Of a DNA stretch of 64,000 bases, positions 32,355 to 42,863 are shown piece after piece. The DNA is from an uncultured Clostridia bacterium. GTDB lineage: Bacteria; Bacillota; Clostridia; TANB77; CAG-508. The number at the start of each line of letters is the position of its first letter. Position 1 is the first letter of the stretch. Position numbers and translations under genes: made by a program. Location of the stretch: assembly GCA_934141475.1 (NCBI GenBank), contig CAKPCG010000002.1:29165-93164 (forward strand), written 5' to 3'. The notes under the pieces were generated by a model that was given only the letters and a program-made list of their open reading frames with translations, was not told where the DNA came from and did not search any database.

Positions 32355-33944
32355 ATGAATAGCATAAGAATTATTAATATGAGGTCACTAGTAGATACAG
32401 GAACGATAGATTTAAAGCCAATAAATATGTTAGTTGGAAGTAATAGTTCTGGAAAGAGTACATTTTTGAGAGTGTTTCCATTATTAAAACAGTCTCTTTA
32501 TAGAAGAATAAATGGTCCTATTTTTTGGGCTGGTGATGAAAAGGATTATGTTGACTTTGGGTCATATAAGGAAACTATAAATAAGGGGATAAGTGAGAAG
32601 GAGAATTATATTGGACTTGAATTTTCGATTCCATATACACTTTATGAAATTGCTAGATATTCATATTCTAGTAGTAGAGTCAAAAATATGCCTAAAAAGG
32701 AAGCAAAAATAAAGATAGAGATAAGTAATAAAGGTAATATTGATATTATCTCAAAAATAGAATTAACATGTGATGAAGATGAGTTAATTATAGATAATAT
32801 AAAAAATAAAACATTCTTTAACAAAGAAGAAATAAAAATGAAAAATGATAGAAGAAAGAAGTATGAAGACGAATATGAAAGATATATGAATGAAAGTAAT
32901 TCTATATCATCAGTTTTATATGATGTATTTAATAGTAGCGAATTATATAAAAAAGTTTTAGATGAATTATTAAAAAATGAAGATAATGAATTAGAATCTG
33001 ATGTGGAAAAAAATTATATATATAGAACAACATATTTTTATAGACAAAATTTTATATATAAATTAGCAATAGAATATGTATCAAATAAAAGTTTTGATAT
33101 AGAAAAATTTTTAGAAGAGCCAATATCTTCAGATAAACTTATAGATAAGGCTTTAAAAAATGATATAAATAAATCTTTTTTTGATGATATAAAAAAAACG
33201 GAAACATTAAAATTAATATATTTTACAGGGGTTGGAAAATACTGTGCAGACTATATACAATCATATTTTACAAAAGTTAATTATATAAAACCTGTAAGGG
33301 CACATGCAGAGAGATATTATAGACTAAGAAACTTTTCAGTAGAAGATATTGACTCAGATGGGAAAAATCTACCAATATTCATAAATAGTTTAAACAGGAG
33401 AGACTTAGAAAAATATAATGAATGGTTATATGAAAATTTTGATTTTAAAGTAAATCCAAAACAAACAGATGGCCATGTTTTGATAAATATAGAAAAAGAT
33501 AATGGACCAATAAACATATCAGATACAGGGTATGGCTATAGTCAATTATTACCGATAATAACTCAATTATGGGTAATACTAAACAATAAATTAAATAGCG
33601 TTAGAAACGAGGAAGTTCCAATAGTTTTTGCTGTAGAGCAACCAGAATTACATTTACATCCAGAATTACAAGCAAAACTTATAGATGCCGTTTGTAAAAT
33701 TGCAAAAGAAGCAAAAAATGAAATACAATTTATTTTAGAAACACATTCTGAAACAATGATTAATAGATTAGGAAATTTGATTTACAAAAATAAAATATCA
33801 GAAGATGATGTAAATATTGTTATGTTTGAAAAAGAAAAAGAAGGTCAAAATACCTCAGTAAAAATAAGCAAATTTAATAAAGATGGTTATTTAGAAAATT
33901 GGCCAATAGGGTTCTTTTCAGTAGATGATATAAAAGATGAGTAA
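32355..33944 (+). CDS. ABC/OLD-type AAA ATPase (AAA_21-like with DUF3696-like C-terminal EQPELHLHP region)
   Basis: Walker A GSNSSGKST, VFAVEQPELHLHPELQ and H-loop ETHSETMI. Confidence 0.6.
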   Translation: MNSIRIINMRSLVDTGTIDLKPINMLVGSNSSGKSTFLRVFPLLKQSLYRRINGPIFWAGDEKDYVDFGSYKETINKGISEKENYIGLEFSIPYTLYEIARYSYSSSRVKNMPKKEAKIKIEISNKGNIDIISKIELTCDEDELIIDNIKNKTFFNKEEIKMKNDRRKKYEDEYERYMNESNSISSVLYDVFNSSELYKKVLDELLKNEDNELESDVEKNYIYRTTYFYRQNFIYKLAIEYVSNKSFDIEKFLEEPISSDKLIDKALKNDINKSFFDDIKKTETLKLIYFTGVGKYCADYIQSYFTKVNYIKPVRAHAERYYRLRNFSVEDIDSDGKNLPIFINSLNRRDLEKYNEWLYENFDFKVNPKQTDGHVLINIEKDNGPINISDTGYGYSQLLPIITQLWVILNNKLNSVRNEEVPIVFAVEQPELHLHPELQAKLIDAVCKIAKEAKNEIQFILETHSETMINRLGNLIYKNKISEDDVNIVMFEKEKEGQNTSVKISKFNKDGYLENWPIGFFSVDDIKDE

Positions 33945-33971
33945 AATAAAGATAAAGTAGGGTATGTAAAA

Positions 33972-35123
33972 ATGTTTATAGAAATAGATGAAGAAATTAT
34001 GGAATTACTAGATGTGGAAAAATATTTAAATTTTTTTAATGAATTAGCACATAATATCACAAATGGAACAAACTATGTTTTTATAACAAAAAGATTATTA
34101 GAAAAATTATATAAAAATCCTAAGATAGACAACAGTTCAAGGCAAATATATAAAAATATTTTTGATAACTCAGCTCAAGATTTAGTAATAAAAAGAAGTG
34201 TTAACAGAATAGCCAAAGTTGTAAATAATGGAAAAAATGAAATAGAAAAAAATGAATTTGAAATTGAAGACGAAAATGAAAAGAAGAAAGTAGAGGAAAT
34301 AATAATTCCAATTGATATTGCTATAGATGTAAATTTATTTATAAAAGAATCCAATTTAATAGGAGAAAATCATTCGGATTGCCAATTTTTACAAAATATA
34401 GGAGATGCATATAAAGCAAAAAAATCAATAAATGCAATTAATATTAAATTAAGAAATATCCAAGGTGGAGGAGCTACAATAAGTGATGAGTACAAAGTAA
34501 GAGCTAAAGAAAAAGAGATTTCGTTATTTATAGTTGATACAGATCAAAAATATATAGGATCTGCAAAAGGAAGTACTTTAAGAAAATTATTAAAAGAAGA
34601 AAGAGAAAACAAGTGCGAAGCTTGTGAAATATATGAACTTCCTGTACATGAAATAGAAAATATAATACCACTAAAAATGATAAAAAAATATTATGATGAA
34701 GCAAAAGGAGAGGAAGAAAGAAACGAGGTAATTGATTTTTTAGAATCTTTAGAAAAAAATGATTTTGAAAAGTCACCATTGGCTTTCTTCGATATGAAAA
34801 ATGGAATTAGTATGAAAAAATGGATTGAAGAAGAATCTTATAAGCAATATTGGAAAAACGTATTAGATGACATACAATTTGAGTATTGCGAAGAGTATGA
34901 ATATGATGAGAAAAAAGAGGCATATAATCCAAAGTACATTATTAATGGATTTGGAAGTAAGTTGTTAGATAAGATAAACGAATTTTGGAGTGAAAATTAT
35001 GACGGAATTGAATTTTTAAGAGAAAATGTAGATGAATATGTAAAGAGCACATGGGAAGATATTGGTGCTTTGGTGTATAGTTATGGATGTGCAAGACAGA
35101 GAGGAGTTGTAGGAGGAAGATAG
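33972..35123 (+). CDS. hypothetical protein. Possible TOPRIM-like partner of the ATPase.
   Basis: Acidic patches EIEDENE, FIVDTDQ (DxD) and VHEIENI. No firm family assignment. Confidence 0.35.
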   Translation: MFIEIDEEIMELLDVEKYLNFFNELAHNITNGTNYVFITKRLLEKLYKNPKIDNSSRQIYKNIFDNSAQDLVIKRSVNRIAKVVNNGKNEIEKNEFEIEDENEKKKVEEIIIPIDIAIDVNLFIKESNLIGENHSDCQFLQNIGDAYKAKKSINAINIKLRNIQGGGATISDEYKVRAKEKEISLFIVDTDQKYIGSAKGSTLRKLLKEERENKCEACEIYELPVHEIENIIPLKMIKKYYDEAKGEEERNEVIDFLESLEKNDFEKSPLAFFDMKNGISMKKWIEEESYKQYWKNVLDDIQFEYCEEYEYDEKKEAYNPKYIINGFGSKLLDKINEFWSENYDGIEFLRENVDEYVKSTWEDIGALVYSYGCARQRGVVGGR

Positions 35124-35222
35124 ATTTTTTTAATATGTTTGTTGGAGTTTTTTTAGGTGGAAAGTTGAATTATTGAAAATAATGTAGAATGTATATAAGA
35201 ATATATAGGAAAGAGAGGATGT

Positions 35223-36365
35223 ATGGAGGAAAATTTAGGAGAATTAATATTTGATATAATGGTTGAAGAATATAATGATAAAATAGAAAAGAGCAAGAAT
35301 ATTGAAGATTATTTAAAAGAGAAAAACAAACAAGAATTAAGTTCATTATATTTTTTATATAGACATGCAGGAGCTGCTGAAAATATAGTAGAAGACGTTA
35401 CACAACTTATGAAAACAAAAAAAGAAAATATAATAAAACAGATTGTAGTATTTTTAGATTCCAATATAGTAAGTATATTACAATTTATGAATAAAAGAAG
35501 AATGGAAGATATAAATACACTTGCAAATTATGACGAGTTTTATAAAATAGAAAAAAATCATAAAATGGATATATCTTTAGATACAATAAAAATATTAAAA
35601 CAGCTTGGTTTTATATTTTGTAAAAAAGTTGATGGTGGAATTGTAATACACATGCCTGATTTTATAAAAAATAAAATAAAGAATTTAAATAAAAAGGATT
35701 ATTATTTGGATTATTATGATGAAATATTGTTATATAGTAAGGGAATGGCAGAAACGTATGGGGCTATAAATATTCATAAGGCATATGAGATTATAAATAA
35801 AGATATACCGATAGAATTTGAAAAATATAGTAACATAATTAAATTTGTAAGTATATTAGAATTAGATACAATTTATTATTCTTTTAAATATATAACTATT
35901 TGTAATTTTAATTTAAGAGATGAAGAGTTAGAAAAATTAATGAATAGTAAAGCTGAAATAGTAAAATATAATAGAGAATTTTATGAGAACATTGCAAATA
36001 ATAATTATATATTTAATTTGAAGGAATATAAAGAATTTAGAGAATTTTTGAAAGATGATTTTGAATTAGATATTAATGAAGATGAATTATTACGTGGAGA
36101 GATAATTAACGATTATATAGATATAAGTCAGACAAATAAAGATGAGGCAAAGAAAATGCTAAATAATACAATAGATAGGTATTTTGAAGTTGACGATTTG
36201 GATAAGTTTGTGATTATTAGGTATATAGATAAAATTAAAAGTAGAATGCCTAAATGGATGTTAGGCGGAGCAGTTGAGAAGGAAAATTTGGATGGAAAAA
36301 TAGGTAGGAATGATAGGTGTTTATGTGGAAGTGGAAAGAAGTTTAAGAATTGTTGTGGAAGGTAG
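35223..36365 (+). CDS. SEC-C motif protein
   Basis: C-terminal RCLCGSGKKFKNCCG metal-binding SEC-C motif. The N-terminal 340 aa are unassigned. Confidence 0.5.
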   Translation: MEENLGELIFDIMVEEYNDKIEKSKNIEDYLKEKNKQELSSLYFLYRHAGAAENIVEDVTQLMKTKKENIIKQIVVFLDSNIVSILQFMNKRRMEDINTLANYDEFYKIEKNHKMDISLDTIKILKQLGFIFCKKVDGGIVIHMPDFIKNKIKNLNKKDYYLDYYDEILLYSKGMAETYGAINIHKAYEIINKDIPIEFEKYSNIIKFVSILELDTIYYSFKYITICNFNLRDEELEKLMNSKAEIVKYNREFYENIANNNYIFNLKEYKEFREFLKDDFELDINEDELLRGEIINDYIDISQTNKDEAKKMLNNTIDRYFEVDDLDKFVIIRYIDKIKSRMPKWMLGGAVEKENLDGKIGRNDRCLCGSGKKFKNCCGR

Positions 36366-36381
36366 AAAATGGTGGTGATAT

Positions 36382-36426
36382 CTCATAACCCGAAGGTCGT
36401 AAGTTCGAGTCTTACCCCCGCAACCA
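36382..36426 (+). repeat. 3' half of an initiator-type tRNA-Met (anticodon loop CAT to CCA). att-like direct repeat, copy 1.
   Basis: CTCATAACCCGAAGGTCGTAAGTTCGAGTCTTACCCCCGCAACCA. No 5' half is present upstream. The integrase gene lies 330 nt to the right. Confidence 0.6.
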
Positions 36427-36757
36427 AAAATTTTATTAGAGTCGCAAGAGATTGTGGACTCTTATTTTTTGATCATTTTATGTAACTTAAAATGAATTGG
36501 GCACCATTTGGGCACAAATCTATATAAAAAGGTTTTTGGTAAACCTTGAATTTTCGATATTTATAAATATATTTGATTAAATTCTATTTGAAATAAAATG
36601 AAAAAGTTTCTGCTTAAATTATAAAATATTAAATTGTAAAATTAATTAAAAGTATTTAAGCAGAAACTATCATGTCTTGATTTACTTCTTTATTATTATA
36701 ATTTTTCATAGAATTTTTTTCCTTTCAATTTTTTGTATAAATTTATGTGATAAGCCT

Positions 36758-37966
36758 CTAATTGGCTTTAAAATATTTTTTTGTATCTTCCCTATAAAGA
36801 AGATTATCAAGTTTATCTGATGCATCTCTGTCCATTCTCGCAAATGCATGTGCATAGATATTTAATGTTGTAGATGTTTGAGCATGTCCTAATCTATTAC
36901 TAACAGTTCTAACATCTAATCCTTGTGCAATAAGCAAAGTTGCATGTGTATGGCGTAAGCCATGAAATGTAATATGTGGCAAGTTTTTATCTTCTAGGAA
37001 CTGCCTAAACCATTTTGTAATTGTATCTGGATGCATAGGAGAACCATCCCATTGTACAAATAATCGATTTGTATTTTGCCATTTGTCTCCTAATTTTAAT
37101 CTTTTTTCTGATTGTTTTCTTTTGTAATCTTTTAAAAGTTTAGTAATTGAATCAGGGATGCTAATAACCCTGTTTGATGTTTCAGTTTTAGGATCTTTTG
37201 TATAGATACCAATAGAAGAAACATATTGACTAGCCTGTCTTACAGTAATTGAAGAATTTTTTAAGTCTACATCTTGCCATTCTAATCCTAAAACTTCTCC
37301 ACGTCTTAATCCTGTGAAAATTGTTAAAAGGATAATGACTCGAAACTTTAATTCTTCACTTTCCAATGCCTTAATTAATGCAATTGTTTGTACATCATCA
37401 TAGAAATTAATACTTGGCTTTTTAGCTTTAGGTGGTCTTACCCTTGATGCAGGATTGTATGGAATCATTTGCCAATATACTGCTTGTTGTAACATAGAAT
37501 GTAATAATCTGTGATGTTCCAGTACAGTTTTTGAAGATAACTTATGTTTAATATTTTTTCTAATATATGTTGATTCACTTAATTCTTGATATAAATACAT
37601 TAATTGCATTGGTTGAATTTTGTCTAAATACATGTTGCCGAGATAGGGGAGAATCCTTGACCTTAACATACTTTTATATCTTTCATAAGTTTTAGGAGAC
37701 AAATTTGGAATAGCATAATTGTTAATCCAAAAATCAGCATAATCTCTAAAACGCATCTTTTTTGCAGATAAGGCTTGTCCAGTTTCTATTTCAGATATAA
37801 ATAATGCTAATTCTTTTCTAGCTTCATTTTTGTTTTTTGCTTGAACTGTCTTTTTATAGATAATTCTTTTACCTTCTCCTGTATAGCCACCAGAAACTCT
37901 TAATCTATAAGAATTCTCTCCACGCTTTTCTATATTTCCTACCACACCTTCATCACCTCCTTTCAT
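36758..37966 (-). CDS. tyrosine-type site-specific integrase
   Basis: R...HGLRH...Y catalytic pattern (GLRRGEV, HGLRHTHATL, NIYAH). Adjacent to the tRNA-derived repeat. Confidence 0.85.
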   Translation of the reverse strand: MKGGDEGVVGNIEKRGENSYRLRVSGGYTGEGKRIIYKKTVQAKNKNEARKELALFISEIETGQALSAKKMRFRDYADFWINNYAIPNLSPKTYERYKSMLRSRILPYLGNMYLDKIQPMQLMYLYQELSESTYIRKNIKHKLSSKTVLEHHRLLHSMLQQAVYWQMIPYNPASRVRPPKAKKPSINFYDDVQTIALIKALESEELKFRVIILLTIFTGLRRGEVLGLEWQDVDLKNSSITVRQASQYVSSIGIYTKDPKTETSNRVISIPDSITKLLKDYKRKQSEKRLKLGDKWQNTNRLFVQWDGSPMHPDTITKWFRQFLEDKNLPHITFHGLRHTHATLLIAQGLDVRTVSNRLGHAQTSTTLNIYAHAFARMDRDASDKLDNLLYREDTKKYFKAN

Positions 37967-37985
37967 GTGGTAGGATAATTTTATA

Positions 37986-39005
37986 CTATCTTGAAATATA
38001 AACTTTAATATTAAAATTATCACTTGTATGTGACTCTAAATCAACTTTTAAACCTTGAAAGTTATTAATATAATAGTTAGGATCATAAATAAAGCATAAA
38101 AAGTTCCTGCATTTTGGATGAGATTTATATCTACCAATGTCAACTAACAATTCATCTCCTATTTGCTTATCTTTTAGTCCATCTCTAGTCATTTTAACTT
38201 CGATTCCGATTTCATAATCTGGTATAAGAAAATCTAATCGTGAATTGGCACCAGCATGGTTAGGAACAGCTTCTTCTGCTCTAATGTCTTTAAAGAATGT
38301 AAGAAACAAAGCATGTAATAAATCTTGTACATCATATTCATCATTAATAGTAATTGTTGATCTAGAAGAATGTCTAATTAATAATTGTTGTGCTATTGAA
38401 TGAAAGTTATTAAAAATATATTCTATTTTTGAAATAGCTTCGGCACTACTATGTGGATATATTTCTTGTTGAGAATATTTAAGTCTCGTTAATATTTCAA
38501 GAGATCTTGTATAAACATGATTTATAATTACTTTGCAATTAGACAAATCATGTCGTAAAGATAAAATTAATTTATCTTGTTTTTGCTTTTCATAATATAA
38601 GTCAATTGGGGATAAATTTTCTGGTAAACTCATAGAACTTATATTTTGTTCCAAAGATTCCATTGCTGAAATGAGATTTGTAACAGAATCGGAGTATATG
38701 GAATCTTTACCTACTTCATAAGTTCTATATTTTATGAAGTCTCTAGTAATTTCCATATATTTTTCATCTATTCTTTTTTCATCGCATAGACCTATATTTT
38801 TACATAACTGAATAAATTTCTCCTTAATTTTAGGTTCATAATTGCCTTTTAACTCTTTTGACTGAAGTTTAACCCAAAGCCAATCATATGGAAAATTTAA
38901 TTTTTCAGTAATTACAAGCATTTTAGATAAGACTATTGGCAAGTTCTTTTTATATTCTTGTTCTAAATCTTTTATACATTCATCTATTTCATCATAAATA
39001 TTCAT
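37986..39005 (-). CDS. hypothetical protein
   Basis: ORF co-directional with the integrase. Confidence 0.35.
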   Translation of the reverse strand: MNIYDEIDECIKDLEQEYKKNLPIVLSKMLVITEKLNFPYDWLWVKLQSKELKGNYEPKIKEKFIQLCKNIGLCDEKRIDEKYMEITRDFIKYRTYEVGKDSIYSDSVTNLISAMESLEQNISSMSLPENLSPIDLYYEKQKQDKLILSLRHDLSNCKVIINHVYTRSLEILTRLKYSQQEIYPHSSAEAISKIEYIFNNFHSIAQQLLIRHSSRSTITINDEYDVQDLLHALFLTFFKDIRAEEAVPNHAGANSRLDFLIPDYEIGIEVKMTRDGLKDKQIGDELLVDIGRYKSHPKCRNFLCFIYDPNYYINNFQGLKVDLESHTSDNFNIKVYISR

Positions 39006-39017
39006 AGTTAGTCTCCT

Positions 39018-40022
39018 TTATTTTTTACATTTATGCTTACTATCAGGCAAATAAAATTTATTGCACTCAAAACAGTAATTTGGAATATTACCATTTTTTA
39101 TATCCAAAAACAATTCATAATACATTAAAGAAAGTAAAGATTTATAAGAAATACTTTCTACAATTTCACCTGAATCAGTTTTTACAAAACGTTTTCGAAT
39201 ACCACCAGTTCTATAAGAAATTTGTTCTAAAGTTTTTTCTAACAATCTATTATCACAAGATAAGTTATAAACCAAACGGTGCATTTCTGATAAATAATCT
39301 ATATAACAAGATATAGGTTCAAAATATCCTGTTATTTTATATTCTTCTAATATTGAATTAAAACTATCTTTTCCAGGAAAGTCAACAGTTTTAAAATTTA
39401 AATCAAATTGAAATAAAGAAGGGTTATAATAATCTGTGTCAAATATTCCTAATTCAAATGGTTTAAAGATTGGAAAAGAAACATTAAACTTTTCATTTGT
39501 AGATTCATAAACTTCTCCAAAGAAACCATATTTACATGCAAAACTATAAATAGTTTTATAAAAAATTTCTCTATCTGTTGCATAAGAATTAATATTTAAA
39601 AACTTTAAATATATTCTTGAATTTTTTTCTTTTTCATCCAATGGATTAAAGAATATAATTTTAGAATCTTTGTTAGGACCATAAACTTCTTTACCAGTAA
39701 AAGAAGAATATTTTATGGGATTTTTTATTTTTAACCATAATGGTTTTTGACTAGGTAATATATCAATATAATCTTCTAAAGTTTTAAAACTATATTCACT
39801 AACTAAAGAATTAGTTTTTCCAGTTAAATATCCAACAGGTACATTAAAAAAGTTAGATAATTTATTTAAAACTTCAAATCCCGGTGTGGAATTATTTGAT
39901 TCGTAATTTGCGATGATTGATCTTTTTTCTCCAATAGCATTTGCTAATGCTTGTTGTGTAATACCTTTATTTTTTCTTAAAAGCTTTAATTTTTCACTAA
40001 AATTTGTATTCATCATAAACAC
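39018..40022 (-). CDS. XRE-family HTH protein with a large C-terminal domain (repressor-like)
   Basis: N-terminal LKLLRKNKGITQQALANAIG HTH. Transcribed divergently from the excisionase. Confidence 0.5.
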   Translation of the reverse strand: MFMMNTNFSEKLKLLRKNKGITQQALANAIGEKRSIIANYESNNSTPGFEVLNKLSNFFNVPVGYLTGKTNSLVSEYSFKTLEDYIDILPSQKPLWLKIKNPIKYSSFTGKEVYGPNKDSKIIFFNPLDEKEKNSRIYLKFLNINSYATDREIFYKTIYSFACKYGFFGEVYESTNEKFNVSFPIFKPFELGIFDTDYYNPSLFQFDLNFKTVDFPGKDSFNSILEEYKITGYFEPISCYIDYLSEMHRLVYNLSCDNRLLEKTLEQISYRTGGIRKRFVKTDSGEIVESISYKSLLSLMYYELFLDIKNGNIPNYCFECNKFYLPDSKHKCKK

Positions 40023-40103
40023 TCCAATATATTTTTATGAGAACATTATAAAACAATAATTTACATTTGTAAATAATTAAAACAAAAATATTTTAAAAAT
40101 GTA

Positions 40104-40132
40104 TTGACAAAAAACAAAAATATAAATAAAAT
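40104..40132 (+). promoter_or_regulatory. candidate rightward sigma-A promoter
   Basis: TTGACA, a 17-nt spacer, then TAAAAT. Confidence 0.3.
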
Positions 40133-40192
40133 GTTTTAAAACAAAACAGTAATGTTTTTGTTTTAAACAAATTAGATAGGAGGTGATTAGGC

Positions 40193-40432
40193 ATGGATAA
40201 TGAAAAATTAAATTCAAATACAAAAGAAAAAAGAGTTTTAGATTCAGTAGAAGCAGCACAATATTTGGGTATTTCATATTGGTTAATTCGTAAATTAGTT
40301 AGAGAAAAGAAAATACCATATTACAAAATTGAATCTAAAACACTATTTACAAAAGAAATTCTAGACAAATACATTCAAGATAGTCTAGAAGAACCAAAGA
40401 AAAAAGTAAAATATAGTTTTGATGATTTTTAA
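40193..40432 (+). CDS. excisionase/MerR-type HTH DNA-binding protein
   Basis: VLDSVEAAQYLGISYWLIRKLVREKKIPYYKI. Confidence 0.5.
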   Translation: MDNEKLNSNTKEKRVLDSVEAAQYLGISYWLIRKLVREKKIPYYKIESKTLFTKEILDKYIQDSLEEPKKKVKYSFDDF

Positions 40433-40470
40433 AATTAAAAAATATTTTACTAAAAAGGTGTTGATTACTG

Positions 40471-40947
40471 ATGAAAGGGGGAAAGAGATATTGGTTTAAG
40501 TTGTACAATAATTTTTTTGACAACGAAAAAATCAAGCAAATCAAAAGAAAAAAAGATGGAGATAGGCTTATTGTAATTTTTATAAATTGTTTAGTAATAG
40601 CAGCAAATTGTGAATCTGGAGGATATTTAAAAATAAGTGAAAATAAGTTTTTTACCATAGAAACATTAGCACATCATATGGGTAGAAATTAGAAAAGTAT
40701 CAAGAATGCATTAGATATTTTCCAGGAATATAGCATGATAGTACAAGATGAATATGGCTATAAAATTAAAAATTGGAATAACTATCAAAACTTACAGGAG
40801 AAAGGGATAAAGGATAAAAAAGAATCTACAAAAATAGGAAAAAATGTGGATACAGAAAGAGAAAAAGAATTAAAAAAAGAAATAGAAACAGAAGGAGGTG
40901 AATTTTATGCAAAACAGAGTTATGGAAAAATCAAAGATTTTATATAG
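40471..40947 (+). pseudogene. phage replisome-organizer N-terminal domain gene interrupted by an in-frame TAG at 40690..40692
   Basis: KRYWFKLYNNFFDNEKIKQI...TLAHHMGRN*KSIKNALDIFQEYSMIVQDEYGYKIKNWNNYQ reads as one frame across the stop. Track ORFs 40471..40692 and 40735..40947 are in the same frame. Confidence 0.5.
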
Positions 40948-41761
40948 TGTAGAAGAAATCTTGCAAAATGGTTATCCAATAAAAGCAAATATACCTGAAG
41001 ATACCAGATGTAAATATTGTAATAAAGTTTTAAAACCAAGAGGAATATTAAATCCAATAAGCAAAACCATAAATGTATTTATAGAAAATGAAAAATGCAA
41101 TTGTAAACAAGCAATAGAAGAAAGGAATAAGGCAAAAGAAAAGTTACAAGAAGAATTGATGAAACAATATGAGAATTATAGAAAAGAAGAATACAACAAA
41201 AAAATAAAACAATATTATGGAACAGATTTTATAACAGCACAATTTAAACAAAAAACTTTAGAGAATTTTATTACAAATGAACAAAATTCAAGAACGAAAT
41301 TAGCAGCAGAGAAATTTATATCAGATTTCAAAAACTTCAAGAATGGTATTATATTTGAAGGAAAAAGTGGAACAGGAAAAACACACATTTCAATGGCGAT
41401 ATGTAATGAATTATTAAAAGAAAATACGCCAATAATATTTGGAACATTAACAGAATTAGTAGATAAGTATGCTAAATTTTATACAAATCATACAGAAAGT
41501 GATCTAACAAAATTATATACAAAAGTAGATTTATTAGTTATAGATAATTTGGGACTTGAACCAATGAATGATTGGTTGTTATCTAAATTATTTACAATTA
41601 TAAATGAAAGAATATTAAATGAATTGCCATATATTATTACAACAAATTATGACAGAGATAAGTTAAAACAAAGATTAAGCATACCAAACAAAGTATGTGA
41701 AACAACAAATTCTATAATATCAAGATTATATAATATGTGCTACAGAATAGAATGCAAGTAG
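40898..41761 (+). CDS. DnaC/IstB-like helicase loader ATPase with an N-terminal Cys cluster
   Basis: Walker A GKSGTGKTH, DLLVIDNLG and CKYCN...CNCKQ. Confidence 0.65.
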   Translation: MNFMQNRVMEKSKILYSVEEILQNGYPIKANIPEDTRCKYCNKVLKPRGILNPISKTINVFIENEKCNCKQAIEERNKAKEKLQEELMKQYENYRKEEYNKKIKQYYGTDFITAQFKQKTLENFITNEQNSRTKLAAEKFISDFKNFKNGIIFEGKSGTGKTHISMAICNELLKENTPIIFGTLTELVDKYAKFYTNHTESDLTKLYTKVDLLVIDNLGLEPMNDWLLSKLFTIINERILNELPYIITTNYDRDKLKQRLSIPNKVCETTNSIISRLYNMCYRIECK

Positions 41762-41966
41762 AAAAAAGATTATAGAATATTAAAATTGAAAATAATGTAG
41801 CTATTTAATAGTGATGGAATATAAATTGGGAATAGTTTGGAAATTTATTGTTTTATTATTTAACTTTATTTTAGAATAATAAAAAATTTAGAATTAAAAA
41901 TCGAGATGTAATAATATTAAGTTTTTCAAACTAGCAAAAGAAAAATAGCTAAGTAAGGAGGTAAAG

Positions 41967-42590
41967 ATGTTAGAAAGAAAAATTGCAACATATGATAAAA
42001 CTAATTTTAGGAAAAGACTAAATGAGTTTTTAGAAGTTGCAAAAATATATAAGCAAGACGATTTGAATGAACATAATATTTATCAAGTTTTATATAAAAC
42101 AGAACAATTTAGAAATGCAATATATAAATGTATAAAACTAAAAAGACCATTAATAGTAGATTCACCATTGCCAGGAAAAGAAGATGGAATAAGTGAATAT
42201 GAGAGTAAATATTCAGATGAAATTTTAAAAATAAGGATTAATGAATTGTTGCCACCAGTAAGAACACCATATAATAATAAAAGATTAGAGAATACTTGCA
42301 AAGCAATAGGAGAAAAGTACAAAGGATTATTCACTAATAAAGAAGTTATTATTAGAGTGCAAGTAAGTGTACCAAGAAATAATTGGGATATAGATAATAG
42401 AGACTTAAGATATATTTTGAATGGATTTGTTTATGGTGGACTTATTACAGATGATAATATTAAATATGTAAGTTATATGTTAGAAGGAATTAATAACAAA
42501 GAAAATTATATAAAAATATTTATTGGTGATAAAAGGAATATTTTAAAAATTTGTAGTATAAATCCAAAAGAATATTTTGAAAAAGTGTGA
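41967..42590 (+). CDS. RusA-family Holliday junction resolvase-like protein with an extended N-terminus
   Basis: NWDIDNRDLRYILNGFVYGGLITDDNIKYV matches RusA DxDN...DD catalytic signatures. Confidence 0.5.
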   Translation: MLERKIATYDKTNFRKRLNEFLEVAKIYKQDDLNEHNIYQVLYKTEQFRNAIYKCIKLKRPLIVDSPLPGKEDGISEYESKYSDEILKIRINELLPPVRTPYNNKRLENTCKAIGEKYKGLFTNKEVIIRVQVSVPRNNWDIDNRDLRYILNGFVYGGLITDDNIKYVSYMLEGINNKENYIKIFIGDKRNILKICSINPKEYFEKV

Positions 42591-42863
42591 TTATTAATCA
42601 ATTTAAAAATATCCAACCAGTCACACTTTTGGAACTTTCAAAAAATCACACTTTTAAATAAATATATAAAGGCCTAAAAATAAACCAAAACTGACATTTT
42701 TTATACTTGAAAATTGTACATAGGTAGGGAATACATAACAGAAAAAACATATAAATACATGTCAGGGCGACTGGAGGCACAAGATGTTAATCTTGTGTCT
42801 TCTGTCGCATAAAAGTAAGTTGGAAGATAGATGGAAATGTAAAAAAGGGAGGAAGTGATTTAA

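Noticed and set aside
36382-36426. A complete initiator tRNA-Met gene at either repeat
   Set aside because: Only the anticodon-loop-to-CCA half is present. The required 5' acceptor strand (TGCGGGG...) and D-arm are absent upstream of both copies. I found no full tRNA elsewhere in the window.
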